Shown: positions 23,801-39,300 of the stretch, piece by piece
How positions within the stretch are numbered: the first letter of the stretch is position 1
Layout of the letters: the number at the start of each line of letters is the position of its first letter
Assembly (NCBI GenBank): GCA_013265495.1
Contig: MU058065.1
Coordinates: forward strand, 6,448,302 to 6,512,301
Origin: Vicugna vicugna
Lineage: Eukaryota
Length of the DNA stretch: 64,000 nt
Reading direction: 5' to 3'
Notes under the pieces: model-generated
Told to the model about the DNA's origin: nothing
The model's input: only the letters and a program-made list of their open reading frames with translations
Database searches by the model: none
Program-made: the position numbers and the translations under genes

Positions 23801-26800
23801 TGCTCAGGGTCCCGGCGGATGTCTGCTTATCAGTTCTCTTCCCCTCTCCCTTTTACTTCCCGGAATCGATGTCCTCCAGTTCCCGTCCCCCTTTCCCCTT
23901 GGATCAGTCTGTTTCCGTTGAGGCTTTTCTCAACCTTCCCCCTCCCCGACAGCATTAATGAGGACTGTTGTCTGAATAGCTTTACATCTCACAAAAAGCT
24001 CTCCTAGTCCTTCTCTCAAGCATTCTTAACAAGAGATCAGAACCTGGAAGGACTCTAGGATTTGGAAATAGATAAATGTGGGTTCACTTAATATTTTATT
24101 AGCTGTGATGCTGACCAGGCCACATAGCTTCTGTGTGTCAGTGTCAGCTGTAAAAAAAAAAAAGTGGGTGTGGCAACTACCTCATAGAATAGTTGAGAGG
24201 ATTACAGATGGATTTGTAACATACATAAGCCTCCTTTTCATTAATAACTCTGAGGTGTAGGTACCTGCAGAGACTAGGTAAGGCCTGAAGAGGTAAAATG
24301 ATTTGCCAAAAGGTACATATGATTAGGAATCCAAGTTGTCTGACTCTAAATCTCATGTTCTTAGTATCAGGACATTCTACAATCCCACCCATCCCCCCAC
24401 CATTTTTTGTCACCACCTTATCACCATCCCATCTCTCATATCCAGGGCCGAAGTCACAGGTTGGGTGGGTGAAGTATTGAAGGGCCTCATGTGACAGCTA
24501 TACCTCAGTGTTCCTTTGGTTCAGGGAGCCTAACCAGTGCTGGCCTTTACTGAGACCATCCAGACTTGTGGTTTTCAACCTGTTCAGGGGGACTTTAAGA
24601 TTCAGAGGAGACACTTTGTGCTGTGGAGAGGGCGTGATTGCACAGCTAGCCCGTGGTGCTCCAGACTCTGACGCTTATGTCAACCAGAACTCCCCTGTTA
24701 TCTTTGTGTTCTATTTTATATTTTGAGGTGTCTGCCTAAGACTTAAAGTTTTGAGAACCACTATATATAATCTGTATATATATGTGCGTCATGCTAGGGC
24801 AGCCCTGCTCCTGGTGAAGAAGGGACAGTATAACTATGAGAAAGCAAACCAAGCATGTAGCTTTCCGTGTATTTGGGTAGACCTGTGGACTCAAGACAGT
24901 CACTCATCTTCCATGTCATTACAGCTACTGCTTCTGTGATTAAACGTGTGTCCTCTGATTTATATCAGGACCACTGGATCCTGACTTGGACAGGCTGATC
25001 TAGATCAACCAGACAGCAAGGGTCAGAAATACATCAGATATTGACTACATCCTTCCTGCTTTTCTTTTAAGGGAGAAGGTTAAACAAATAGGAAAAAAGA
25101 TATAAACTAGGTACTATGGCTAAAATACTATAAACAAATTAGATTTCATCACTATAACCCTGGAGAGTAGGTGGTATTATCTATATATGATGGACAAGGT
25201 AATTCAGGCTTATAGATATAAGTAAGTACTCAGATCACATAGCTGGTAAGTGATTGGTACCTATTACTGAATCTGAGGCTAATGGTTCTACCACTACAAC
25301 ACAGCCTTTATACCACACATAGATCTGTTCTGTTCAGATTGGTATCTCCTTTGAGAAGGTTTACTGTGCCTGGTATTGGCAGTGTGTATACATACTGGGA
25401 TCCACAAATGGTGGTATAGGGAAAGTCAGGAGTGATATTGGTAAACTTAATGCTAATCAATGAACATCATATTTCTGGATCAGAGAGATGACCACTAAGG
25501 AACAGCTAACAGTGCAATGAAACTTATACAGGGTGTCAGGAAACCTAGCTCTAGACCCGTTTCTGCCCCTGTTAATCCCTGAGATTTGGGCTAGTCATTT
25601 TCATCCTCTTGGGAATCCATTTTCTCATCTGATGGCATAAATGATCTCTAAAGTTCTTGAGTCCCATGCTTCCTCCCTGGCCACTTGACTACTTAAGGAA
25701 ACACGTGTCCCTCATTTTTATGGAGATTAGCAAGAGAACACACTCAGGCAGAATGCCATTTTTCTGCAAAGCCTTACTAGGCTTTAATAGGGAGAGCTAA
25801 AATGGTGAGTCAATCTCCCCCTTCTCTCTAGGGTCCTTCCTTCGGAAGTTGAAGTGTTAGAGTCTATCTATCTGGATGAACTACAAGTGGTTAAAGGAAA
25901 TGGCAGGTACGTATTCACCTAGAGGTGGGCGGGAGTCCCCTTAGTAATAAGAGAATACCATGCAGTATCTGTGAGCCTTGATTTAGAGATAATATTTCTG
26001 TCATGTAGACAGAATTATTCCTTTAATTTCCCCAAAAGAAAGAGTCCAATACTTACTTCATCTGCTCGCTTGACTGTCTCACCCCCACCCTCCCCAGCCC
26101 TCAAGTCCCCGCCCAGTCACATCCCAGGTCTCCACTCCATCCACCTGCAGATCGTCACCATGGGAGATCTGCATCACCCTGCACCCTGCCACTGCAGAAG
26201 ACCAGGATTCACAGTATGTCTGCTTCACTCTGGTGCTTCAGGTCCCAGCACAGGTGAGGCCTCTACTTCATGGCAGAGGAAGAGGAGAGGCCTTGGAGTA
26301 CAGTGCTTCACAGTAACTTGATTATTTTCTCCCTCTAGTATCCATATGAGGTGCCAGAGATCTCTATCCGTAACCCCCGAGGACTCTCAGATGAACAGAT
26401 CCACAAGTAAGTGAGGCTGGTCAGAGCAGGGAGTACTTGGGATACAGCTCAGTGAGGTGAGGGAAGGGGGCAGGCCTGATGTATGCTTTGTGCTTTTCCT
26501 CCAGGATCTCACAGGCACTGAGCCACGTGGCTAAGGCTGGGCTGGGTACTGCCATGCTCTATGAACTCATCGAGGTAAGAGGTGTGCTAGCCTGGGGAAA
26601 TGTCCTTCCCTTCCAGCTAGAGCAGTTTCTCCCAAGGGAGGCTATGAGCCTAGAATCTTAAATATATCTGGAGACATTCATTTAGTTCTTTTTCGGGTAA
26701 GGCCTAAACTGATCCAGAAAGATGAGACTTTCTTATGTTTCAGAAATCTCCCCAAAAGACCATTCTGTAGCTTCCCCAAGTTGCCTGTTCCAGCATCTTG

Positions 26801-29694
26801 ACAGAAAATTACTTTTCCTCCTTAACATGGATCTGTCTTGCTTCAGTTTGAGTGCATTTCTTGTTCTCTCGGCTCTGGCAACTGAAAGTAGCAAGAGATA
26901 CGGATCTTGCCTAGAGGGTCTAGCCATAAATGAACATTTAAAGACTAGTCTGCCATTGGAGCTGGCTAGAAAAGGTCATGGTTCTTTTACTCAAAGAGTT
27001 TCTAGCCTAGTGAAGGAAACAACCCACATGAAACAACACCTAGAGCTACAGGTTCATGTACATAGATGACTTTTTTGTTTTGAGATCACAAACACAAATA
27101 GTCTTGTTTTTCCATTGAGTTTTCAAGAAAAATGTTCAGAAAAGGTCAAAGGTGGATGGCCTGGAGTCTGAGGGGGCATAGACCACTGTAGCACTCCTGA
27201 GTCAGGCCTCCATGATGCAGCTTTGAACTTCGTGGAATTCCAGAGTATTAGCTATTCCAACAGCAGCACAAATGCATATTTCATAGCTCAACCTGATGCC
27301 TTTTGAATTCTCTGTCCGTTTGGGGTGTCCATGCCTTCACTTCCTTTCTAATAGGTGACTCCAGAACAGGCTCATTGGGGAGGTGATACTCAAAAGAGGG
27401 TTAACCAAGAAAGGCCTCCCAAAACGTTTCAATTGAACTTTTTTTTCTCATTTAAGGTATATTTTCATCTCCAAGATGTATTAAAGGTGACTTACTGAGT
27501 CAAAAAACAATTAAATTGGATTTTGCAGCTGGACAGATTTGGGGGGAGGGCAGAGATGTGGAGGAGGAAAGATTCCAAGCCAAGGAAGCATCACCAAGAC
27601 AGAAATACATGAACACAAGGCAAACTGGCTCAGTGGGAGACTAGCCAGCCAGTCACTCCTGGGAGTAATAGACAAGTTTTACTCACAGTTCTGGCCCATG
27701 CATCCCTGTTTGATCAGTGTCCTCTCTCCGCTCAGAAAGGGAAGGAGATTCTCACAGATAACAATATCCCCCATGGTCAGTGCGTCATCTGCCTCTATGG
27801 TTTCCAGGTGAGTTTCCCTCCTGGGACCTGGGGTCTGCTTGGGACGGGCAGTGGAGGGCTCAGGAGAGAGCTTTGACTTAGTGCACTCCCTCTAGGAGAA
27901 GGAGGCCTTTACCAAAACACCCTGTTACCACTATTTCCACTGCCACTGCCTGGCTCGGTACATCCAGCACATGGAGCACGAGCTGCAGGCTCAAGGACGG
28001 GAGCAGGAACAGGAACGGCAGCATGCTGCAGCCAAACAGGTCAACCCGCGGCCCCTGCTCACTTGACACCACCAATTCTCAGCCTCTTCCTTCCCTCCAG
28101 CCCAGTGCCTTCTTAGCCTTTCCAGGCTCATATTACCTTTGAGACTAATGAAGGCTTACCTCTGTCCAGGGTAAAGGGCATCCTTATATACATGTAATCT
28201 TATTGCATGCGGTTTCAGAAGGTTCCAGATCTCTCGCTAGGCAGCCCCTACTCTGTCCCACCTCACTGCTGAACAAGTGTGCCTGTGCCCTTCCGTCCCA
28301 GCCCTCTGCAGATGTGGCTGGCCGACTGCGTTAGACAGCTGGAGAGCACTGGGCTGGGAAGCAGAGGTGTGATATCTCCTCTCTTTTCAGAAGGCTGTTG
28401 GTGTGCAGTGTCCAGTGTGCAGAGAACCCCTCGTGTATGATCTTGCCTCACTGAAAGCAGCCCCTGAACCCCAACAGCCCATGGTGAGGGAACTCTCTGC
28501 TAGTCTGAGCCAAGAATAATGTTATTTTCAAGGAGGGAGGAATGGCATCTTGTCTGCCTTGAATGGGATCTCTGGAATTGGGCTCAAGCTGCCTAGGCCA
28601 TCTCTGCAGAGCTACGGCCCCCACTGGGAGCCCAGAGCTTTGCTCAGCAGTCCAAATCTAAAGGATAAAACCAAGAACCTTGTGCAGATCTCTTGAGGCA
28701 GTCCTGGAAGGGCAGGAGTTTCGAGTCTGCCTTCTCCTCTTTATTTACTCCCTGCCATTCTGCTCCCTTCTCTCCAGGAGCTGTACCAGCCTGATGCAGA
28801 GAGCTTGCGCCAGCAAGAAGAACGCAAAAGGCTCTACCAGAGACAGCAGGAGAGAGGGGGCATCATTGACCTTGAGGCTGAGCGTAAACGGTACTTCATC
28901 AGCCTCCAGCAGGTGAGGGAAGGGTTTCCTTCTTCTCCCCTAATGACATCAACCTTCCTACCAACACCCCTCTGCCCTGGCCCTCAGGTGAGCTTTGTTC
29001 TACCGCGGGGAGGTGATAGGCTGATGGCGTTTGGCTCAGACAGTGGTGAGGGGCCTGCAGTTCCCTGGTTTGAGGAGCTGCATCTCCTTCACTGCATCTG
29101 CTCACTTCTTTCTAGCCTCCTGCCCCTTTGGAACCTGAGTCAGCTGTGGATGCCTCTAGAGGATCCCACCCACCTGGTGCCCTTGCCACAGAACCACCCA
29201 CCTCATCAGCTGCTCAAACCACCCTGTCGGCTCCTCTGCCTGTGGCCTCCCAGTACACATGTGAGAAGATTCCAGGGGCTGGGCCAAATCAGCAAAAGCT
29301 GGGCGAGACCCAGAAAGCTATGTTAGATCCCCCCCGGGCCAGTCGAGGCCCCTGGAGACAGCCCGAACGGAAGCACCTAAAGGGAGGGGAGTGCAATGCC
29401 CTCAAAGGCACCAGTGACACCCAGGAACTGCCACCTCCTGAGGGGCCCCTCAAGGAGCCCATGGACCTAAAGCCAGAGCCTCGTAATCAAGGGGTTGAGG
29501 GTCTTCCCCAAGAGAAGGGGCCTGGCAACTGGCAGGGTCCCCCACCCCGCAGGACTCGGGACTGTGCCCGCTGGGAGCGCGCCAAGGGTCGGACACCAGC
29601 TTCTTCCTACCCCCGCCTGCCTCGGGGTCGAGGAGCCTACCGGCCTGGTACTCGAAGGGAGCCCCTGAGCCTCGAATCTGAGGATGGTTCCTAG
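23459..29694 (+). CDS. RNF25: E3 ubiquitin ligase RNF25 (AO7; RWD + RING-H2), complete, 10 exons, 459 aa
   Basis: Exons 23459-23499, 25832-25906, 26151-26253, 26339-26406, 26505-26574, 27736-27807, 27896-28039, 28391-28483, 28778-28912, 29116-29694. Total 1380 nt, all GT-AG. Starts MAASASATAGEEDWVLPSEVEVLESIY; RING CVIC...CYHYFHCHC...CPVC; Pro/Arg-rich tail ending ESEDGS. Confidence 0.97.
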
Positions 29695-29734
29695 CAGTAC
29701 CATGGGGGGACAGGGAAGTGGGGGTGGAGCGGGC

Positions 29735-29740
29735 AATAAA
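29735..29740 (+). terminator. Polyadenylation signal AATAAA of RNF25
   Basis: AATAAA 40 nt after the stop codon, followed by a GT/T-rich element (TTGTTTGGCTTT). Confidence 0.85.
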
Positions 29741-30230
29741 GAGATTTGGCCTTGTTTGGCTTTCCTTACTGAATAGTGCCTAACCTGTGAAGTATGGCTT
29801 TCTTTCTAAAGTCCTAGCAAAACTGGAGGATGGCAGAGCAGCCCCCACTTTGCTCTCAAGTGTGTTCTCCCAAGAGATTTGGGTCTAGGTAAAGAGGGGT
29901 CTGACATCTCAGTCAGCATAATGGGTTTCAATGAAAACTAGTGGGTGCCAACATTTAAGCAGACGCAGGACACCCTGCCACATAACCCACTGTGCATATG
30001 CCCACAGCTGTGTGTCTAATTTGAATACATTCAGGTGGAGGATGGTACTTTCCTGTTTACTAGTGTCTCTTCTCCCTCCTTTCTCTTAGGTAGGCTATGC
30101 TCCCAGTATTTGCATATGTGGACATCTGATTGCCTCTGTAGACATCTGCATTACAGCCTCTGCTTTTCACTAAAGTACCAATACAGGGAGGTAGGAAGGG
30201 AGATCAGAGACCAGAGTAGAATGGCAGGTG

Positions 30231-30236
30231 TTTATT
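30231..30236 (-). terminator. Polyadenylation signal AATAAA of BCS1L
   Basis: TTTATT on the plus strand, 26 nt beyond the BCS1L stop codon. Confidence 0.8.
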
Positions 30237-30262
30237 GGGGAAAGTTGAGCACAGCCTGGTTG

Positions 30263-32737
<2,475 letters not shown>

Positions 32738-33699
32738 TCAAAACCTGGGGATGGGAGCAGTGGAGATGGAATAAAGCACAAGATTACTTTAGAAACTGTA
32801 CTCCGAAATTCCTCCCCAACCCGCCCCCTCCCTCCTACAGAAGCTGAGAGCAGGAAGGACAGGTCAGCAACACAGTGTGCTTTACTATCCTCCCTTTATG
32901 GGGTAGGGCTGATGTTGGAATGCAGGGGATGGGACTCTGAACAACTCATCCCATTTCATCTTTCATTATCCTGTTCATACCTGTTTCTGCCAGACAACTA
33001 TGTCTGGAGATTTCTTAAACCTGAGAGAACAATGTAACCGCCTTCACATCAGCATAGTGGGTGGGCAAAATTATTTTTTGTGGTCACTGGGACCAGCTGA
33101 GATAGAAAGCTATCCACTGTCCAGAGTTAGCAGGGGATGAAGAAGCAACTCTCTTCTGTCAGTAACCCCATGCCTTGTTAACATGAGTCATGTCCTTCAG
33201 ATATCCTCTACATGCACACTTCTTGATGTCCTGTTTAGCCCTTTATTACCTGCCACCTAAACTATGTCTTCAAAGTTAATTTTGGTTCTTGGAGTGGCAT
33301 CTTAGTGGGTCTCTACCTCTTGCTTCACCAAAGTGCTCTACAGGGGTCCAGATCTTTCTTCATAAAGATCTGCTTCAATCCAATCACTTTCCCTACTCCA
33401 ACAACTCCAATGGCTGGCTCTCAACAGGGCCTTTAGTTAGGTTAAAAAAATTCTCTGCCTCCACAACAGGGCACCCATGTACCTTTAATAGCTTAGCTCC
33501 TAATACTGTCTGTTGAACAAATATGCAAACACCTCCCTCTTCCTTGCTCAGGCAGTTCTCTTGACTCTGATCAGAATGCTTATTCTAATTTATTCCCTCC
33601 ATTCTCTCCAACCGAAGTCCTACCTATCTCCTACTTCCACCGTGGGGATTTTCCCAAATTCCACCCTCCAAAAAATGTGACCAGGCCTGATTCCAGACT

Positions 33700-34850
33700 G
33701 TAAGATCCCGAGGGGTAGGAGGTGAAATCGTTCGCAGCACAACTCCCTCGCCCCCTGCCACTTTGCTCTACGACTAGCACGCAGGGTGGTGAACTGACAG
33801 CAGTGACCTCCGCTGAGGCTGAATAGGATCCAGAATTTCAAATTTTTCTATCCATGGAAGGCCACAGACAAAGCTCTTCCCGCTCCCGGTCTTTGTTGGA
33901 TGCCTAGAACCCCTCCCGAACCCCCTCCACAACCCAGCTCGCGCCTCCAGCATCGTGGTTCGGAGTAATCTGTCACTCCGCCCCCTTACCTCCATGACTC
34001 TCTGGCCCTCCCTCTCGATGGTTTCACCCTTCCGCTCTTGAGGGAAGCGCCACTCGGCCCCGCCCCGAGTCCTTTCATCTACTTCCCGCCACACCCACCA
34101 AGAAGTCCATGCCACTCTGCTCCACAACTCTCGATGGTACTCCTTGGGTTTCGCGGCAGGGGATGTTGAGGGTTGAGGAGGGAGACGATAAAGAGAACCA
34201 TAGAGTACACCTCCAGCCTGGTAGAGAAAGAGAGAGCGCCCTCCATGTGCCCACTGTCCTAGAGGCGGCTGGGCCGGAGGCGGTCGCACAAAGGGAGTCC
34301 CTGGAGGCCGCTCCAGCTGCTGGTCGACCATAGAGATGCGGCTCCCGCCCGCCTTGGGCCGGGAGGTAAGTGAGCGGCTGCAGGTTGGGAACTGGTAGGG
34401 AGTGCGGGTGGAGCAGGCCTGAGGCAAAAGTTTCTCGAGCCCCAGGATGAGGGTGCGCCTGGGCGGTAGGAACGCTTGGGACAAGTGCTGAAGGGAGCAC
34501 GCCAACGAGCGGGGCCCCGGCGCATCACATCAGCCGCCCGGGTGCTTTAGTCGCGTCACTGCTCTGGACCCCGCCCGCTTATCCGCTGCCTCTCCTCAGG
34601 ACCATAATCATGATGCTGCTCCATCCCAAGCCTGGCAGGTTACAAAACGGCTTTCCTATTCTTCCGCTCTTGTGATTCCCGCTCCCGCCCAACGATGTGG
34701 ACGCTGTCATCGCCTCCACTTTACAGATGGGAAAGCTAAGGCCCAGAGAAGCGAGGTGACTTTTATCTGTCCAGGGCCACGCGGTGAGTCAGAACCCACA
34801 GACAGGTTTAAACGCGGGTACCTTGGTCCCCAGGCCGGGTCTCCTTTCCC
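33700..34850. promoter_or_regulatory. CpG-island bidirectional promoter shared by BCS1L and ZNF142
   Basis: High CpG density and a GC box GGCCCCGCCCC at ~34056-34066. Oppositely oriented donors at 33990 (-) and 34365 (+, GAG|GTAAGT). Confidence 0.85.
33990..34090 (-). other. BCS1L: Probable non-coding first exon of BCS1L (5' limit approximate)
   Basis: Minus-strand donor GAG|GTAAGG at 33990/33989 in the CpG island; acceptor CCCCAG| at 32744 upstream of the ATG. Confidence 0.55.
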
Positions 34851-36382
34851 CAGGCCTTTTCTGCCTAAATGTGTCCTTTTTCTTCCTCAGTGCCCTTGCT
34901 CCCCAGATAAGCTCATTTATTCTCTTGGCCCCACTGTCTCCCACTTCACCCCGCCTTCCAGCCGCTGAAGGTTCTCAGTCTAGACATACCTCGCCTTCCT
35001 TGTTCTCACCAAGGCAAATATACTGCCCGAGCTGGAAGATTCCTGAGAGCAGCGATAATATTTAGTAAGTGGAGGCTGCGGTTCCTGGAGAATCCTCTGA
35101 GGGCAGAAGGGCACTGCCCTGCCAGCTTCTGAATCCCAGTGTTCTGAGGTTTTGAGTTGCAGAATTCTCACCTGCAACCTGATTTCCTAGCCTGAGGCCC
35201 TTAATCGACCTCCATGACTCAGTTTCAAGAACTGATTACTGTTGTTCTTATTAATTATCAATTTCTCAGCTTAAACTAATTTTAGCCATGTATAACAGAA
35301 TATGCAATTTAGTTGACATTTTTTTCTCAGTTTTGTTCCAGTGTTCAATGTGAGGCCATAATAAATGAGTTTGAAATTTCTCCAGATGTGATACTTTATG
35401 TGTAAGAAACCATGGTTTGGTATCTTACTAAAATCCTAGCTTTACTTTGATGCACCTCTGTGTCTGTAGTTCTTCACTAGAATTCCCTTGTTTGTCTAAC
35501 TGGTATAGACCATTGGTGGTTTGTGTTTAGTGAAGTGATAATGTCAACAAACTCAAAAAGCTCCAGGTCTAGGGAGGGAGACTGGTAAGTAAACAACAGT
35601 GCAGTGTGAAACAATTTCTGACAGAGCTGTGTACAAGGTGCCGTTAGGAACTCAGAGAGAGAGACTTAGATAAACAGTGTCAGGAAGCCATCATAGTGGA
35701 AGTGACATTTGTGCAGGTTCTTAAAGGATAGTTCGAAGTTGGTTAGCCAGACAAGAAAGATGGCAAAGGGGAAAAGGCCCAGCAAGCCGAGAGAGAGGAA
35801 GGTGAAAGGATGTGGAAGCCGAAGAGAACGTGGTGAATCTGGGGAGTGGCAAATAATTGGTATGATTGGTTCAGAGATCTGTTGCAGGGAGAAGTGGAAG
35901 ATGAATCTGGAAGGTCAGCAGGGGCCAGATTATCATGAAGGAAGGGCCTTGAGCTCAGGAATAGAGAGATCATAAAATGTTAAGAGGGAAAGGGACCTCT
36001 GAGATCACTTGACCCTACCCAGTGTTATTGCAGATAAGAAAACTGAGATCTAGGTTGCTTACTGATTTGACCAAGGTCACTTAGCTTCAAGAAACATAAC
36101 CTGCAGTCTTTAATATGTTGGCCATATTTCTTGTCTCTTTCCTGTATTGACCCCTAATGTCATTTTTATGCTTTTTGTTCTAAACTTTGCCATAAAAAGA
36201 ACACTTCTAGGTTAACTAGGTGTGGCATGCTGCCATACAAGGAAATGCTTAACTGGGCAGGCACTGGGCTCTGTACCCACACCAACTAGGAAGAAAGTGA
36301 GAGATCTAATTATATTTTGTTTGGTTTTTCTTCTGGTTGGTTTATCAGCACTTCGGAGGCCATAGCACACAAGTTGGTGGTG

Positions 36383-39300
36383 ATGACAGAGCCCTTGTTG
36401 GACTCACAGCCAGCCAACAGTGCTGGAGAGATGGATGGACTGTGCCCTGAGCTATTGCTGATCCCCCCACCTCTCTCTAACCGTGGACTCCTGGAGCCTG
36501 TCCAGAGCCCCTGTCCTTCTGGAAACCCTCCACCTTTGCCTGCTGACCCAGGCTGCCTGCTCGTAGAGGCCACAGCAACTGAAGAGGACACAGGGAATAT
36601 GGAGATCATTGTGGAAGCAGTAGCTGGAAACCTGTCCCCAAGTGCTCCTGGAGAGACCCCAGGTACAAACACAGTTGCTAGCAGGCCAGTGGAACAAGCA
36701 GCCCTGAGTTTTTGTCTGTGCTATTTTTGATCCTTGTATATAAATATGATGAAGACACAAGGTAGCATCCTATTTTTATACTTAGAGATGTTGTAATTTG
36801 ATTTGCAGTTGGTGAATGTTGATTGAAGGCTGGCGAGGTGGTGCACAACCTTGTACCAGGCTCTTGGCAGTCTATCCCTGCGAGGGCTTCACGTCTGCTA
36901 GGCGGTAATCCAGAAAGGAAGACTTTTCTGACACCTCTGCCCAATTCTTACTCCTATAGTCCTCAGGGATTCTTTCCTCCATATTGACCTTCCACCCAGG
37001 AACTACAGCCAGGGATTAGGCAAAAGGCCCAGCCTCTCTCCACCACCCAGGACTTGGCAGGACTTCCTCGAAGTAATCTGATATCCCCTGCTCTAGTTTC
37101 TTGTAAATAACATACTTAACTCATCCAAGGCATGTCGTTGAGAGTAGGAGTTGGACCTTTATATTTATGTTAGAAGAAAGATTCTCCCCTTTCTACACCT
37201 TTTTATTTTTAGGTAATGTTCCTATTTTCCAACTGCCATCTTCCAGCTACAGTTGTACCAGCCTTCCTTGGAAGTATACAGAGAATACTGGGAAGATTAG
37301 CTAATTTGATCATATAATATTTCTAAGCTTTGATGTGGTAAAAGAAATAATAAATTAAGAAGAAACCTGGAAAAATATTTATAATATATAAGAAAGAGTA
37401 TCTTTAAAATTCAAAGAACTCCATAATAAAAAAAAAGTTTTTTTAAAAGAAGGAAAAAGAAATCTACATGCAATTCAATAAAGAAGTAAAAAGTCAACAA
37501 CCGTAAGGAAGCTTAATCTCACTAATACAAATTCCAATTAAAAGTAACTGTGAGATGCCAGTTTTGTTTCTTTGGCAAAAATTAAGCATTATTTATAAAA
37601 CTACTGTTGGTGAGGCTGTGGGGGAACAGATACTATCTTACAGTTTATGGAGAGTATAAATTAGTGTAATCTTTTGAAGGTCAGTTTATCTATGTAACAA
37701 ATTTTAAAATATGTGTTCTCTGACCCAGTAATTCTACTTCTAGGGATCTGTCATATAGAAAGACTCATACACATGCACAAGATTACAGGGATAATGCAGC
37801 TTTATTTATAATGATTGGAAACAACGCAGTAGTCCATCAGTAAGAGCAAATTTTCATTTTGATTTATCCATACTCGTACCATGAACTGGACAAAAAAAAA
37901 ATATGAGGTAGATAAAAATATCTTTGCTGTATAGCAGATGGGAAAAAAGCTAAGTCCAGAAAAATGACACCCCAAAGCCTAAAAGGATCTAGACCAAACT
38001 ATGTGTGTGAGGATGGGGGACGATTATTCTTTATATATGTCTGTATCATTTGAATTGTTGCACTGAATTTTTATTTAAACAAAAAGATAATAAAGAGAAA
38101 AAGGACCACCAGAATAAACATGGGGCAAACCTGGGCTCTACCGTTAACAAGAGGATTGGCCTTAACGTTGCAGAATCCTAGGTCTCTCTTCCCAAAGAGC
38201 AGTTGGAGGACCTGACTAGAGTGTTTCCTAAGCCTTTCTTTGTCAAGGTCCTCCCTATTGCTTAAGAAACGACAACAATTATTTTGAATGTGATTTGGCC
38301 TCCATTGTATGAATTACTATGCCTTTGAAAATCTCTTCACAGAATATAAAAGTAATACTTTGTCTTTATATTGCAAATATTACCCCCAGATTGTCATTTC
38401 CTTCTTTTGGAAGTTTCTAAGTTTTTATTTGGACAAAATATATTGTCTTAAAGCTTTCTGGATTTGGTTAATGCTTTTTACGTTTACTTAACAAATAATT
38501 ACCAAGTACCTACTTGTGCCAAGCATTATGTAAGGTATTGGGAATCCAAACACATGTGCAAGATAGACTGTCCCTGACATTAAGGGGCTTACAATCCAAG
38601 TGTAGAACCAGACTTAAGTCCATCTCCACTCCGCGAATATTAAAAGATTCACCTACATTTTCTACTGGTAACTAACTCATATGAGTCTCGTTCCATCTGA
38701 TTCTGTGCCTTTCTCTGTCGGTCCTCTGCCTGCAGGTGTCCTGGTAAAGGTGGTGGAGGTGTACTTCTGTGAGCACTGTGAGCAGAGCTTCTCAGAGCCC
38801 GCTCTGCTGGCCCTGCACCAGTGCACTGAGACCATTATACAGCCTGTGCATGGCCTCACTAGCCCCCCGTGCTCTGTAGAGCTGCCCCCCAGCAACCTCA
38901 CTCTTCCTGGCCCTCTACAGGGCCAGAGCCCACCAAATAGCCCCCTGCCATGCCCTGTGTGTAGACAGGAGTTTGCCCAACCTCAGGCCCTGAAGAGCCA
39001 CTTCAAGATTCACCGGGGCACTCCCGACACCTTCTCCTGCCCAGAGTCTGGCTGTGTGTTCTCCGCTCAAGATCGCAAGGGTCTACAGCACCACCTGAGG
39101 CAGACCCACAGAGCGCTTCCTGTGCCCTGTTCTTTCCGGGGCTGCCCCCTGCTCTTCGGGAGCCAGCAGGGCATGGAGCTGCACCGGCAGGCCCATTATC
39201 CTTTCCACTGCAACCACTGCAACTTCGTGGGCTCCAACATCAAACTCTTCCGGCAGCATCAGCGGAGCCATGGAGCCGGGACAGAGGGAGGACTGTCTGC

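Noticed and set aside
33774..34505. 243-aa minus-strand ORF
   Set aside because: It lies in a GC-rich CpG island where stop codons are rare, and has no recognisable domain.
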